Below are positions 1 to 9,669 of a DNA stretch of 64,000 nucleotides, one piece after another (position 1 is the stretch's first letter; every line of letters starts with the position of its first letter). The DNA is taken from positions 203-64,202 of the forward strand of contig JBDRBN010000074.1 of NCBI GenBank assembly GCA_043822785.1, in the 5' to 3' direction. Position numbers and translations under genes: made by a program. This stretch comes from Pseudomonadota bacterium (GTDB lineage Bacteria > UBA10199 > 2-02-FULL-44-16 > JAAZCA01). The notes below the pieces were generated by a model. That model was not told the origin of the DNA. It worked only from the letters and a program-made list of their open reading frames with translations, and made no database searches.

Positions 1-171
1 ACAAAATTATTGATTCACCAGTATGACGGAGCAAATTAATACAACAATTCCAGAATACCTTATGATTTAGCGCAGTTACAACTTGCTCCGTCATGTTTTT
101 TTGCGCACAACAAAATCCTCCTATAGACGATAACAGTATTGTGATCAGAGGTGGGAAGAAAATAGGGCAAA

Positions 172-2013
172 ATGGTAGATCTACTTATACAAAAGGTAAT
201 CACAGCATACGTCGATTTAGGTGGGCTAACGCGCGATGAATGTAAATCGCTCGATCTAAACGAGAAGCAGGCCGATGCACTTTGTGAGGCGTTTGAGGAC
301 GGGTTCATTAGTGAAGATGAGAGAGGTAAGCTCACTTCTGTTGGATTTTCTTCGCAATTTATAACAGACCTGAACAGCAGTAATGCTTTACAACAAAGGG
401 TAAAATGGCTGGCCGAAATAGTGCTCGAAGATCCGGATTTGAAAGTTCGCTCTGATGCAGCCTATGCTCTTAGCAAGATCGGCCCTGGGGCAAAGGCTGC
501 TATCCCAGCCCTTATCGTAGCGCTTAAAGATCAGAACGAGAACGTACGCATTGATGCAAGCATTGCCCTTGGTGAGATCGGCCCTGCGGCTGTTCCGGCG
601 CTTATCGAAATGCTTAAGGATCCGAATTGGCTCGTTCGATCTGCTGCAGCCTTTGCCCTTGGTGAGATCGGCCCTGGGGCAAAGGCTGCTTTCCCAGCCC
701 TTATCGCAACTCTTAAGGATAAAGAAGTTGATAGAAGAGCAGTCCAAGCCCTTGTCCAGATCGGCCCTGCAGCTGTTCCAGCTCTTTTCGCAGCGCTTAA
801 GGATAAAGACGTTCGAAGCTTTGCCGCTTCTGTGCTTGCTAACATCTACCCTGCAGCAGCAGAGTTTGTAGCTATCAAGAAAGATGATATCATTGCTGCT
901 GAGAAGTCTATCGGTGCTCAAGGAGCGCTACTCTTGCGGGAGAAATTTGGCATTGAGCGCTTTAATCGGTATCATCCATCTATCCTAAAACACCTGGTCA
1001 AGATGGCCTCTGACAAAAACCACGATAAGCGCAAACCCCTAATCCTCGCTATGGTAGCATCTTATGATGTTGATTCCGATGTCTTTTATTGGGGCAGGCG
1101 CTTTAAATACGATCCCAGAATTCGGCTGGTGGTGGTAGAGGCCCATAGCAGAGAGGAATTCAAGAAGCGCGCTTGGGAAATGCGTGATACCTACGGTATT
1201 CCTGATGAGGTGTTCATCACAGCACATGGCAAATGGGATCTCATAATGCTCGGTGACACAGCTCTAACCAATGGAGAAATTGCCGAAGACTTCAAGGGCT
1301 TCTTTGGCGATAAAAAGGGGCAAGTTGTTCTCAATGCCTGCGATGCCGGCGCGCCGCCGCCAAAAGGCAAGAAGGACTTTGCACAGATGACAGCCAATGG
1401 TTTTGAGGCAGAAACCATTGCTGCCCGGGCAGTCGAAGGTCTCACAGATTTACGCGTAGAGATCACAGGCGATGGTAGGGCGCGCCTAGTACCCACATAC
1501 TTTGAGGTGGGCTCTGAGTTTTTCGGTGTTAATCACGGTGGCATGACCTTTTATCCAGATCAGAAGCCCGTGTATGAGCGCGTTGCTGATGTCAATAATA
1601 GCTGGCAACCTAGCGTAGCAGTAAGCGTGGCAAACGATGAATGGCACGTCGGCGGCGGCTTTGGTTACAGCCATCAGCTCTTTAACAGATTACGCTTCCG
1701 CTATGACCTTTTAACTGATGTAGGTATGAATGATCATATCGGTTCTCGTATCCTCTTTAATCCTGAAATAGCTGCGAGTTTAACAAATCACCTGATGTTT
1801 GCCACAGGCGCAATGGGAGGTGTTGAATTTGAATTGGACGAGAACATGCAGACTTTAGTGCAACCTGTTATTCAGCAGTACTCTGCGTTCAAGTTTGTGA
1901 TGCCCACAATAAATACAGAACTCGATCTTGGCTATGTCAACACAGTCGATCCTGACCACGGCGTTAAGCCCTCATTTTTCTCCAGACTTCAGGGAAGGAT
2001 TAATATTTTCTAA
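172..2013 (+). CDS. HEAT-repeat (PBS-lyase type) protein with C-terminal caspase/CHAT-like domain
   Basis: Residues ~60-270 carry tandem repeats of the form DPDLKVRSDAAYALSKIGPGAKAAIPALI, typical of HEAT/PBS-lyase repeats. The C-terminal domain has 'FITAHG', then about 36 aa, then 'VVLNACDAG', which resembles the His...Cys dyad of clan CD (caspase/CHAT) peptidases. Internal ORFs in other frames are repeat artefacts. Confidence 0.6.
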   Translation: MVDLLIQKVITAYVDLGGLTRDECKSLDLNEKQADALCEAFEDGFISEDERGKLTSVGFSSQFITDLNSSNALQQRVKWLAEIVLEDPDLKVRSDAAYALSKIGPGAKAAIPALIVALKDQNENVRIDASIALGEIGPAAVPALIEMLKDPNWLVRSAAAFALGEIGPGAKAAFPALIATLKDKEVDRRAVQALVQIGPAAVPALFAALKDKDVRSFAASVLANIYPAAAEFVAIKKDDIIAAEKSIGAQGALLLREKFGIERFNRYHPSILKHLVKMASDKNHDKRKPLILAMVASYDVDSDVFYWGRRFKYDPRIRLVVVEAHSREEFKKRAWEMRDTYGIPDEVFITAHGKWDLIMLGDTALTNGEIAEDFKGFFGDKKGQVVLNACDAGAPPPKGKKDFAQMTANGFEAETIAARAVEGLTDLRVEITGDGRARLVPTYFEVGSEFFGVNHGGMTFYPDQKPVYERVADVNNSWQPSVAVSVANDEWHVGGGFGYSHQLFNRLRFRYDLLTDVGMNDHIGSRILFNPEIAASLTNHLMFATGAMGGVEFELDENMQTLVQPVIQQYSAFKFVMPTINTELDLGYVNTVDPDHGVKPSFFSRLQGRINIF

Positions 2014-2171
2014 AACGCGGTCGCGTTAGTTTCCATTCTATCATATCTACTGTTCTACATTCGTCATCACTGCATCAAAACGCTGCACATGTTTCCAATC
2101 ATTCCTTCATAACACCTTGATATTGTGAAGCCTCTCTCTTGGCACGATGTGTGCAATGTCTTCAATATTAG

Positions 2172-2768
2172 ATGTGTTCTAAATTCAGAACATTGTTTGC
2201 CAGCTTCATTATATTACTCATGCTGATCCTGATTTGGCCTGAGGCGGCAATATCCTGCACCAAGCCATACATGTTTATGGCCGAAAAACGCAGCGAGGGA
2301 AAGGTGAGTCAAGTGGAGAAGCTGATGAACGGCGCTTGTGAAAGCGCAGAGCATGAATCGCTGCAATTCATTCAGTGGGATGAATTGGCGCAGAAGATAT
2401 TCTGGCCCATTCGTGCGCTTGACAGTGAAATGGGCGCGTCCTTTGTTATTACAGATAAAGACATGCCTGCGGTAGATGTTCTGTTTCAGATTAGGAAACA
2501 AAGAAATAAATCCATTCAAGAACAAAAATGCAAAGAATATGAAATATCCATCATAGGTAAACACAGACAGTCTCCAGATGACCATTTTAGAAGTTTGATC
2601 AAGGGTATTAATCTTCAGGGATTGGGCAAGGCATTCATATGCGATGACAGGTCATTTCCTGATGAGTTTTTTATCAAACTCAAAAGAATTGTTGAACCAG
2701 CATTATGGAGCAAGATCGATCATGAGATTGAAGATATGATCGAAGTTGCTTGGGCTCTAATACCATAA
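2172..2768 (+). CDS. hypothetical protein with N-terminal hydrophobic signal/anchor
   Basis: 198 aa ORF with a hydrophobic N-terminus (FASFIILLMLILIW). No recognisable domain. Confidence 0.45.
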   Translation: MCSKFRTLFASFIILLMLILIWPEAAISCTKPYMFMAEKRSEGKVSQVEKLMNGACESAEHESLQFIQWDELAQKIFWPIRALDSEMGASFVITDKDMPAVDVLFQIRKQRNKSIQEQKCKEYEISIIGKHRQSPDDHFRSLIKGINLQGLGKAFICDDRSFPDEFFIKLKRIVEPALWSKIDHEIEDMIEVAWALIP

Positions 2769-2774
2769 AGGTGA

Positions 2775-3659
2775 TTGATGGAAATTATACTCTGTACAAT
2801 GTGTATTTTTGTTGCAGTCTTTGCTGCGATATTTGCTGTAAGTGAATATCTTAGACGAAGGCGACTTCTTGGCGAAGCTACATCTTCCAAAGTAGGCAAC
2901 AAGTCAGCTCTGCAGAATATTGCATTTGCGCTTGGAAGGGTCTTTGAAGGCATTGGCGAATTACCCTTCATTTCTTCAATAAATGCTAGAGCAGAAAATC
3001 GACTTCAAAAAGCAGGCATTGATTCTAAAGAAATCGCAGCTGGATTTGTGGCTCTTGAAATAATCCTAATTTTATTAGGAGCTGCCATGGCTTTGGCACT
3101 CTTTAATAATCATCCATTTGTTGCAGCCACAGTCGGAGGAGCATCGCTTTGTCTGTTTTTAGAACTCTGGCTTTTTTTTAAGATCAGAACCAGGCGAGAA
3201 TCAATACAGCGCGATCTTCCGTTTGCGCTCGACATGTTGACCTTATGCGTAGAGGCGGGGCTCGATCTTGCCCAGGCAATTACCAAGGTATCTGTTAGAC
3301 TCATGCGCGGCCCTTTGGCCCAGGAGCTGCATAAGGTTGACAGATCGCTACGCTCAGGCGCGTCGCGAGGCGAAGCTTTGTTAAAAATGACAGGCCCAAC
3401 TAGCGATCCTGCGCTTGCGTCTTTGGCATCCCTTCTCATTCGAGCAGATAGAATGGGCTCTGGCGTTGGCCCTATCTTAAGAAGCGCATCAATTCGCCTG
3501 CGTCGCACGCGATTTTTGCAGGCGGAGAGGCGTGGCGCAACTGCAGCACAAAAAGCGCTCGTACCCTTAATCATTTGTATAATGCCTGCGACGTTTGTCA
3601 TTGTATTTGGCCCGATTGCGGTGCGCCTCATCACAGGCGGCCTGGAGGCGCTGCTATGA
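2775..3659 (+). CDS. type II secretion system F-domain protein (TadB/TadC-like)
   Basis: Multi-TM protein. The segment LPFALDMLTLCVEAGLDLAQAITKV ... ALASLASLLIRADRMGSGVGPIL is typical of the GspF/TadC T2SSF domain. Confidence 0.65.
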   Translation: MMEIILCTMCIFVAVFAAIFAVSEYLRRRRLLGEATSSKVGNKSALQNIAFALGRVFEGIGELPFISSINARAENRLQKAGIDSKEIAAGFVALEIILILLGAAMALALFNNHPFVAATVGGASLCLFLELWLFFKIRTRRESIQRDLPFALDMLTLCVEAGLDLAQAITKVSVRLMRGPLAQELHKVDRSLRSGASRGEALLKMTGPTSDPALASLASLLIRADRMGSGVGPILRSASIRLRRTRFLQAERRGATAAQKALVPLIICIMPATFVIVFGPIAVRLITGGLEALL

Positions 3660-4126
3660 TTTCAATCACAACATTAATCGCCTTAGCGCTTATCGCCGGC
3701 TCAATCATTTTGACCCGAAAGATTTATTCAAACAAAGATGATGAAAAGATAGATGCTTCAAGCAAAATGCAGCTCGATTCTGATGAAAGATGCATTATAC
3801 CTGATGCAAGAGAGTGGTGCAAAACGCTTGAGAAGTTGTGCAAAAGCGCCGTGTTTTGTTTTGACGAGTCTTATCGTCTGGCAGCGTTGGGAGATGAGGC
3901 GCTTAAATCTGCAATAGATGCCAAAAGCCAAGCTCAGCAACACCTTGTAGATATAGCTCCATCCAGCGCTTGTTCTGATTTGCTAGAAATGATGGCCACA
4001 GCCAGGCGAAAAACATGGGCGTCAAAGGAAGTAAATTGGAATGGCAGTATTATGCATGCGTGCGTAACTCCTGTGGGTAAGAGATGGATGATTGTATGTA
4101 TTAAGAAGCTAGAAGTCAGAAGTTAG
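3653..4126 (+). CDS. hypothetical single-pass membrane protein
   Basis: Start chosen at the internal Met (MISITTLIALALIAGSIILT) overlapping the upstream stop (ATGA). One TM helix, then a soluble domain. Confidence 0.4.
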   Translation, partial: AMISITTLIALALIAGSIILTRKIYSNKDDEKIDASSKMQLDSDERCIIPDAREWCKTLEKLCKSAVFCFDESYRLAALGDEALKSAIDAKSQAQQHLVDIAPSSACSDLLEMMATARRKTWASKEVNWNGSIMHACVTPVGKRWMIVCIKKLEVRS

Positions 4127-4133
4127 AGGTCAG

Positions 4134-4550
4134 ATGAAAACTAAAATTATCCATATTATTACATCGTTTGTGTTCTTTATGCTCATGCTTTTATGTATAA
4201 GCTGTTCGCGGGGTGATATCGACAAAGCATCCATGCAAGCATCTGAGCTATCTTATAGCAGCGAGCAGACTGTAAACCAAAGGCTTGCCGAAGAGCTCGT
4301 GCGCCATGGCCGCATGCTTTTGCGATCCGGCAGATATGGGGCTGCCATGGATTCAGCAATGCTCGCAGCATTCTTATCAGATAAAGCGGAGCACACAGCT
4401 TTTGAGTCAGAATGCAGAAGCGCACTTTTGCATGCGGTAAAAAATGCAAAAAGACAAGCCCTTGATGCTCGCGATGCAGGTGATCTTCGTCAATTCACAA
4501 GAATCGAGAACACAGCAGATGCCATGGAGCAAAGCCTGGAGGCAAGATGA
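4134..4550 (+). CDS. hypothetical lipoprotein
   Basis: The N-terminus MKTKIIHIITSFVFFMLMLLCISCS has a signal peptide and a lipobox-like Cys. Confidence 0.45.
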   Translation: MKTKIIHIITSFVFFMLMLLCISCSRGDIDKASMQASELSYSSEQTVNQRLAEELVRHGRMLLRSGRYGAAMDSAMLAAFLSDKAEHTAFESECRSALLHAVKNAKRQALDARDAGDLRQFTRIENTADAMEQSLEAR

Positions 4551-4825
4551 GGCATGGCTTTAAAATGAAACTCAAACCCCTTGATGGCGATAAACTTGTA
4601 GAAGGTGAGTTTAATAAGCATGGCATATTGTTTCTCATGTCAAACGCGAGAACGCTTATCCTTTCTCCTCTGCCGGATCACCGAGCGCTTATCCATGCTA
4701 TATTTCTTTATAAGAAAAAAAAGGTATTTGCCGCTTCTCTTAGAGAAGGTCTTGGTCTTGGAAACGACGGTTTTGTTAGTCTCTCACACGGCGCGCATAT
4801 AGATGTGGGGAGTAAGAGGTTAACA

Positions 4826-5716
4826 ATGATTTTTGATAAGAAAAAGCGTCTCAAACGCAAGCACTGGCTGGCTTTGGCTCTTTTGCCTCTGGTTGTCTTT
4901 TCTTTTGCGCTAGTTCGTCACAAAGTGACAGGATCGCCAAACAAAAAATCACAAATTGCGCGCCAGCAAAAGCTTGCTGATAATAAATCAGCATCACAGC
5001 TCATAAGCGAAGCAAAGATGCATATGCGCGCAGGAAATGCCGATCAGGCTAGCCTTACACTGATGGAAGCGATGGATCAAAACCCGCACAACAAGGAAGC
5101 CATGGATCTGTTGGAGTCCATCAACAAAGATGCGGCGCTTGCGAAATCCTCTATTAATGAAAAGGAGGTCGATCTTATCTCTTCGGCAAAAGACATGTAC
5201 GACGAAGGCAGACAGCGCATGCAAGAAGGAGATGTTGCCGGCGCACATGATCTCTTTTCTCGTGCTCTTAAAGAATTATCTGAAGCAGAGATAACCGTTC
5301 CATTTAAGTCAGCTCTTCTTGCGGCAAAGGATAACGCGCTTTTAATGCTCAAGCAGGAGATGGCTCCAAGGCTGCTCGAAGCGCAAAAGCTCTTTGACGC
5401 TGCCCGCAAAAAGGAGACTAAAGAAGCCATAGACTTACTCGCACAGGCATATGCTTATGCCAGTTCTGTTGCAAAGATCCTTCCGCAAAATGATGAGGCG
5501 CTCTCAGTTTGCAATAAGCTGCGCAAAGAGATTGAGGCTGTCTCTAGCCGCTTAATTCTTTCTGCACAGGCGATCGAGCGTTTTTCAGGATGTAAGCAGG
5601 CATTGGTTGAATACGAACGCATTGCATCCGTGCTCAAGGATATAGATTCGGACGCAGCAGCAGTTGCAGCAAACGAAGCACGCAGGTGCAGCCGATCACA
5701 AGGGGGTGATCTGTGA
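4826..5716 (+). CDS. membrane-anchored helical/TPR-like protein
   Basis: Internal ATG at 4826 is preceded by AAGAGG 8 nt upstream. A TM segment (HWLALALLPLVVFSFALV) is followed by an Ala/Leu-rich helical, TPR-like sequence. The ORF as given starts at 4547; the start is uncertain. Confidence 0.45.
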   Translation: MIFDKKKRLKRKHWLALALLPLVVFSFALVRHKVTGSPNKKSQIARQQKLADNKSASQLISEAKMHMRAGNADQASLTLMEAMDQNPHNKEAMDLLESINKDAALAKSSINEKEVDLISSAKDMYDEGRQRMQEGDVAGAHDLFSRALKELSEAEITVPFKSALLAAKDNALLMLKQEMAPRLLEAQKLFDAARKKETKEAIDLLAQAYAYASSVAKILPQNDEALSVCNKLRKEIEAVSSRLILSAQAIERFSGCKQALVEYERIASVLKDIDSDAAAVAANEARRCSRSQGGDL

Positions 5717-6891
5717 TGTGGCGCATAGAAATAGCAATCCTGGTCGCTATGTCGATATGTTCGTATTCGCTTAAGTCATATGCAATACAGCGCAAACCAC
5801 AGTTCTTTGTCGAGCCGTCAAGGAGCATGGGTTTTGAAATCCCTTATGGTTGGCAAGCACAGGCAGGGTTTGGAAATAGCATTGCCGATCTTTCAGACGG
5901 CAAGGGCAACCAAATACGAGTTATATCAAGGGCGCATTCTAAAGGACCCAACGCTGATAACATCAAGCAACTGATAGCTAAGCTCTATTCAGGGGCCAGG
6001 ATTAGAAGGCAGAATGCGCTGATAACTCTGTTTGATGTTGATGCGCGCGGTGGGCTAAGGGGGGCGCTTATCCGCTTGGGTACGGATGCTTGCGATGTGA
6101 ACATCCTATGCATTAGTGCTAAATCTGATTTTGCAGAAACATTTCTTGTTGCAAGGGAGCTGGCTGCGAATATGAGATGCGATCTTGCAGCTGATCCATC
6201 CCTATGGGACGGGGATCTACAGCAAGTGATCGCAAGGGCAACTTTTGCTTCTTTGGATGGAAGGGCCGGCTGCTCCGGAGTGAGTGAGGAACTAACAAGG
6301 ATGGCTCTGATAGCAAAGCAGCTGGGCAAGTTATCCGATGCAAAGCAGCTCGAATCTATTGCTCACGATCTATCCCTTAGGGCGCATATGAAGGGCATGC
6401 AAAAAAATTTGAGTTTCTTTTCGCTCCTCATGAGCGCTTCGCTTGCCCTGGATGAAGGCGATATCGATAAGGCCAAGAAGTTAATGAGAAGAGTTGAACC
6501 GTTCAATGCATCTCGCTCGCAATTGTTTTTGTCACTTAAAGTTAAGATCGCGCGCCTTGAAAATGATGTGGCTTATGCAGAGCAAGCGTTTGAGCAAATA
6601 AAAGGGGATGTATGTGGCCGCTCGGGCGCTATGGCTGCATATGAACTGGGCCGCGCAATAGGCGCTGCGGATTCCGGCAGAGCCATTAAGCTCTTTGAGG
6701 ATTCAATCGAGGCAGACCCGACTTTTGTTCCTGCCTATGTTGCACTTGGACAAATGCTTGTGGATAGCGGCATGCCTGCAACTGCGGTCTCTGCGCGCAT
6801 GAATGCGCGCTTGTCCAAGGCACCAAAGGTGCCAGAGGTACAAAGCTTCAAAATGCGCTTCGCAACAGTTGAAAAGAGTGTTCATCCATGA
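5713..6891 (+). CDS. secreted TPR-like repeat protein
   Basis: Signal peptide MMWRIEIAILVAMSICSYS. The C-terminal helical repeat region AYELGRAIGAADSGRAIKLFEDSIEADPTFVPAYVALGQML looks TPR-like. Overlaps the upstream gene by 4 bp. Confidence 0.5.
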   Translation: MMWRIEIAILVAMSICSYSLKSYAIQRKPQFFVEPSRSMGFEIPYGWQAQAGFGNSIADLSDGKGNQIRVISRAHSKGPNADNIKQLIAKLYSGARIRRQNALITLFDVDARGGLRGALIRLGTDACDVNILCISAKSDFAETFLVARELAANMRCDLAADPSLWDGDLQQVIARATFASLDGRAGCSGVSEELTRMALIAKQLGKLSDAKQLESIAHDLSLRAHMKGMQKNLSFFSLLMSASLALDEGDIDKAKKLMRRVEPFNASRSQLFLSLKVKIARLENDVAYAEQAFEQIKGDVCGRSGAMAAYELGRAIGAADSGRAIKLFEDSIEADPTFVPAYVALGQMLVDSGMPATAVSARMNARLSKAPKVPEVQSFKMRFATVEKSVHP

Positions 6892-6905
6892 GAAGATATG
6901 CACTA

Positions 6906-7471
6906 TGCCAAAATCCACGCGTAAGTCCAAGGCCGTCGATTACAATAAGCTCTCACTTCGTCAAACTGTAGCACAGATAAGAGAACACCTCGAGAAAGCT
7001 GGCTTTGACCCGGTGCTCACCGGCAAAGCGTGTGCTGGCGTTTATATGGGCGCGCAGCAAAAGCCCAAGGCCATCGAGTTTGTGGTCAAGGAATACAATG
7101 TCAACGAGCTGGATGATGCCATGAAAAAGATAGGCTTTAAGCTTACGAGCATGAATACGTATGAGAACAAGCGCAGCCCCTTTGATATTGTCTTTTTGCC
7201 GCCACCCCTAACAGTTGGAGACGATCTGGTGGATGATGTGGTCATGGTTAGGGCGCGCCCTGGCAAGGTAAAGCTTCTCAATCCTACCGATTGTGTTCGG
7301 CAAAGGCTCTCGGTGTATTATCGCTGGGGTGATGCTGATGCGCTTGCAGAAGCAGTTCAGGTGGCTAAACGCAATGATATCGACATGGAACTGGTGAAAA
7401 GGTGGTCTGAATGGGAATGGGCTTCGGATAGGTATGAAGAGTTTGTGAAGGCGTTGAAAAGTGATCAGTGA
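6906..7471 (+). CDS. hypothetical protein
   Basis: ORF starting MPKSTRKSK. No confident domain assignment. Confidence 0.4.
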
Positions 7472-7525
7472 CCAGTAACCAGTGATCAGTAATCAGTTTC
7501 GCGAAATACGAATCAGGAGGCTTTC

Positions 7526-8914
7526 ATGAGCGAATTGCTCAAATACATCAGAGACAACAAAGACCGCCATCTGGAACAAATGAAAGAGTGCTTAAGGATA
7601 GAGAGCATATCTGCAATCCCATCCAAAGAGCCAGACATACGCAAGTGCGGGGAGTGGTTGGTAGAGCTTCTAAAATCCATAGGATTTGAGAACGCCTCTT
7701 TAAAAGAGACCGGAGGCTTGCCTGCAGTATATGCAGACTGGCTTCACGCAGGCAAGGATATGCCAACCATAATGTGCTATGGCCACTATGATGTTCAGCC
7801 AGTGGATCCTATTGAAAAATGGAGAACGCCTCCGTTCGAACCTACCATTAAGGAAGGCTATATCTATGGAAGGGGCACGTGCGACGACAAGTGCCAGTTC
7901 CTTGCGCACATATTTGCCTTAGAAGCTTTGATGAAAACAGATGGCAAATTGCCTGTGAGCGTGAAGGTATTTTTGGAAAGCGAAGAGGAAGGCGGCACTG
8001 GCAGCACTCACCGGTTTGTGCAAAAGAATACGGATCTTCTCTCATGCGATGCTGTGGTGCTTTCTGATACTGCATGGTTTTCGCACGATTTGCCCACTAT
8101 GATTTATTCGCTAAGAGGCATTGCCTATTTTGAGGTCAAAGTGATCGGCCCAAACAGGGATCTGCACTCAGGGCAGTATGGCGGCATGGTGCAAAATACT
8201 TTAAACGCCATGGCGCGCATAATCGCCAAGCTTCACGATGACGATGGTCGCATTGCAATACCTGGCATCTATGACGATGTGCAGCCCATATCAAAGGACG
8301 AGCGCGCAGAGTTTGCCAAGGTCAGCGAGCCGGATGAGAAGACCATGAAAGAGTTAGGCGTGGATGCGCTTTGGGGTGAAAAAGGGTTTACTTCTAATGA
8401 GCGCAACTGGGCTAGGCCTGCTTTGGATGTAAATGGAATTTGGGGTGGATACATGGCCGAGGGCTCAAAGACCGTAATTGCGCATGAGGGAGGATTTAAA
8501 ATTAGCATGAGACTTGTGCCAGACCAAAAGATAAAAAGAGTCCACAAGCTCTTGGATGATTATATTCAAAAGATCTGCCCGCAAGGCGTGCGGGCAGAGG
8601 TAAAGCTCTTGCATGGCGGCGAGCCGGTAATGGTGTCAACTGACAATCCGTTCATAGCATGTGCTCAGGATGCTATGGAAAAGGCATTTAAAAAGAGGCC
8701 GGTGCTTGTGAGGGAGGGCGCCTCTGTTCCCATAACAGCCGAGTTTCAATCAGCTCTAAACGCTGCGCCCATCATGATGGGCTTTGGCCTTATTGACGAT
8801 GACATCCATTCGCCCAACGAGCGTTTTAAACTCGATCACTTTTATAAAGGCATAGAGGCGTGCGCCCATTTCTACTCAGAGGCGGCTGCCATGAAGGCAA
8901 AGCGATTGCTATGA
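7526..8914 (+). CDS. M20 family metallopeptidase (dipeptidase/ArgE/DapE-like)
   Basis: Motifs HYDVQP and GRGTCDDKCQ, plus the EEEGG metal-binding region, are characteristic of peptidase family M20. RBS AGGAGG upstream. Confidence 0.85.
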   Translation: MSELLKYIRDNKDRHLEQMKECLRIESISAIPSKEPDIRKCGEWLVELLKSIGFENASLKETGGLPAVYADWLHAGKDMPTIMCYGHYDVQPVDPIEKWRTPPFEPTIKEGYIYGRGTCDDKCQFLAHIFALEALMKTDGKLPVSVKVFLESEEEGGTGSTHRFVQKNTDLLSCDAVVLSDTAWFSHDLPTMIYSLRGIAYFEVKVIGPNRDLHSGQYGGMVQNTLNAMARIIAKLHDDDGRIAIPGIYDDVQPISKDERAEFAKVSEPDEKTMKELGVDALWGEKGFTSNERNWARPALDVNGIWGGYMAEGSKTVIAHEGGFKISMRLVPDQKIKRVHKLLDDYIQKICPQGVRAEVKLLHGGEPVMVSTDNPFIACAQDAMEKAFKKRPVLVREGASVPITAEFQSALNAAPIMMGFGLIDDDIHSPNERFKLDHFYKGIEACAHFYSEAAAMKAKRLL

Positions 8915-9669
8915 AATCATCGCGCGATGTTAATCTCGAGTATTATCTCAAAAAATCTCCAGGGAGGGCTGATTACTGGCGAAAGATGGCTGCGCCCAGA
9001 TTCCGCATGACGGTTTTTTTGGACTTGATGAAGTTCACTGCTCCTTCTGCGCTCGTTGATCTGGGATGCGGTAATGGAGAACTTCTCAAGGAGGTCCGCG
9101 TAGAGCATCCTAAGACACGCCTCTGCGGAATCGATTTGTCATCGATGTTCATCGAGTCCAATCGCCATAGGGATCCATCTATAGATTGGCATACCTTAGA
9201 TCTAGATCGCGAAAGAAACGTTCCAAGGCATTTAGCTGAGAGCTTTGATATAGTGATGGCATCAGAGATCATCGAACACCTTGAGCATCCTGATATATTC
9301 CTAAAAAATGCCAAGACGTTGGCAAGGATAGGCGGGGGCATGCTCTTTCTTTCTACACAAAGCGGCAGGGTTTGGGAGACCGAGAAGAGGGTAGGCCACA
9401 GGCGTCACTTCAGCGCAGCTGAGATGGAAAAGCTGCTAAGCCAAGCAGGTTGGAGTCCGATTCGTGTTTGGAATGCCGGATTTCCGTTTCATGATTTGTC
9501 TAAATGGTTTGCAAATATAAACCCTCAGATGACGATGAATGCATTTAGCAACAGACCATACACTTTAGTGCAGAATATAATATGCATGGTGTTAAGGCTT
9601 GCTTATAAATTCAATTCCAATAAGAGTGGCGCGCAGCTCTTTGCGATTGCAGAAAGAAAGCAGGTCTGA
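8911..9669 (+). CDS. class I SAM-dependent methyltransferase
   Basis: Motif I VDLGCGNGELL. Start taken at MKSSRDV, overlapping the M20 stop (ATGA). Confidence 0.75.
   Translation: MKSSRDVNLEYYLKKSPGRADYWRKMAAPRFRMTVFLDLMKFTAPSALVDLGCGNGELLKEVRVEHPKTRLCGIDLSSMFIESNRHRDPSIDWHTLDLDRERNVPRHLAESFDIVMASEIIEHLEHPDIFLKNAKTLARIGGGMLFLSTQSGRVWETEKRVGHRRHFSAAEMEKLLSQAGWSPIRVWNAGFPFHDLSKWFANINPQMTMNAFSNRPYTLVQNIICMVLRLAYKFNSNKSGAQLFAIAERKQV

Noticed and set aside
388-921. ORFs 388-921(-), 531-845(-), 551-871(+) inside the HEAT-repeat gene
   Set aside because: Alternative-frame ORFs generated by the periodic HEAT-repeat DNA. The long + frame encodes a coherent repeat protein.
4547-4825. N-terminal 93 codons of ORF 4547-5716
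   Set aside because: No RBS is found at 4547. The internal ATG at 4826 has an AAGAGG RBS and is followed directly by a TM anchor, so the shorter gene is preferred. This remains uncertain.
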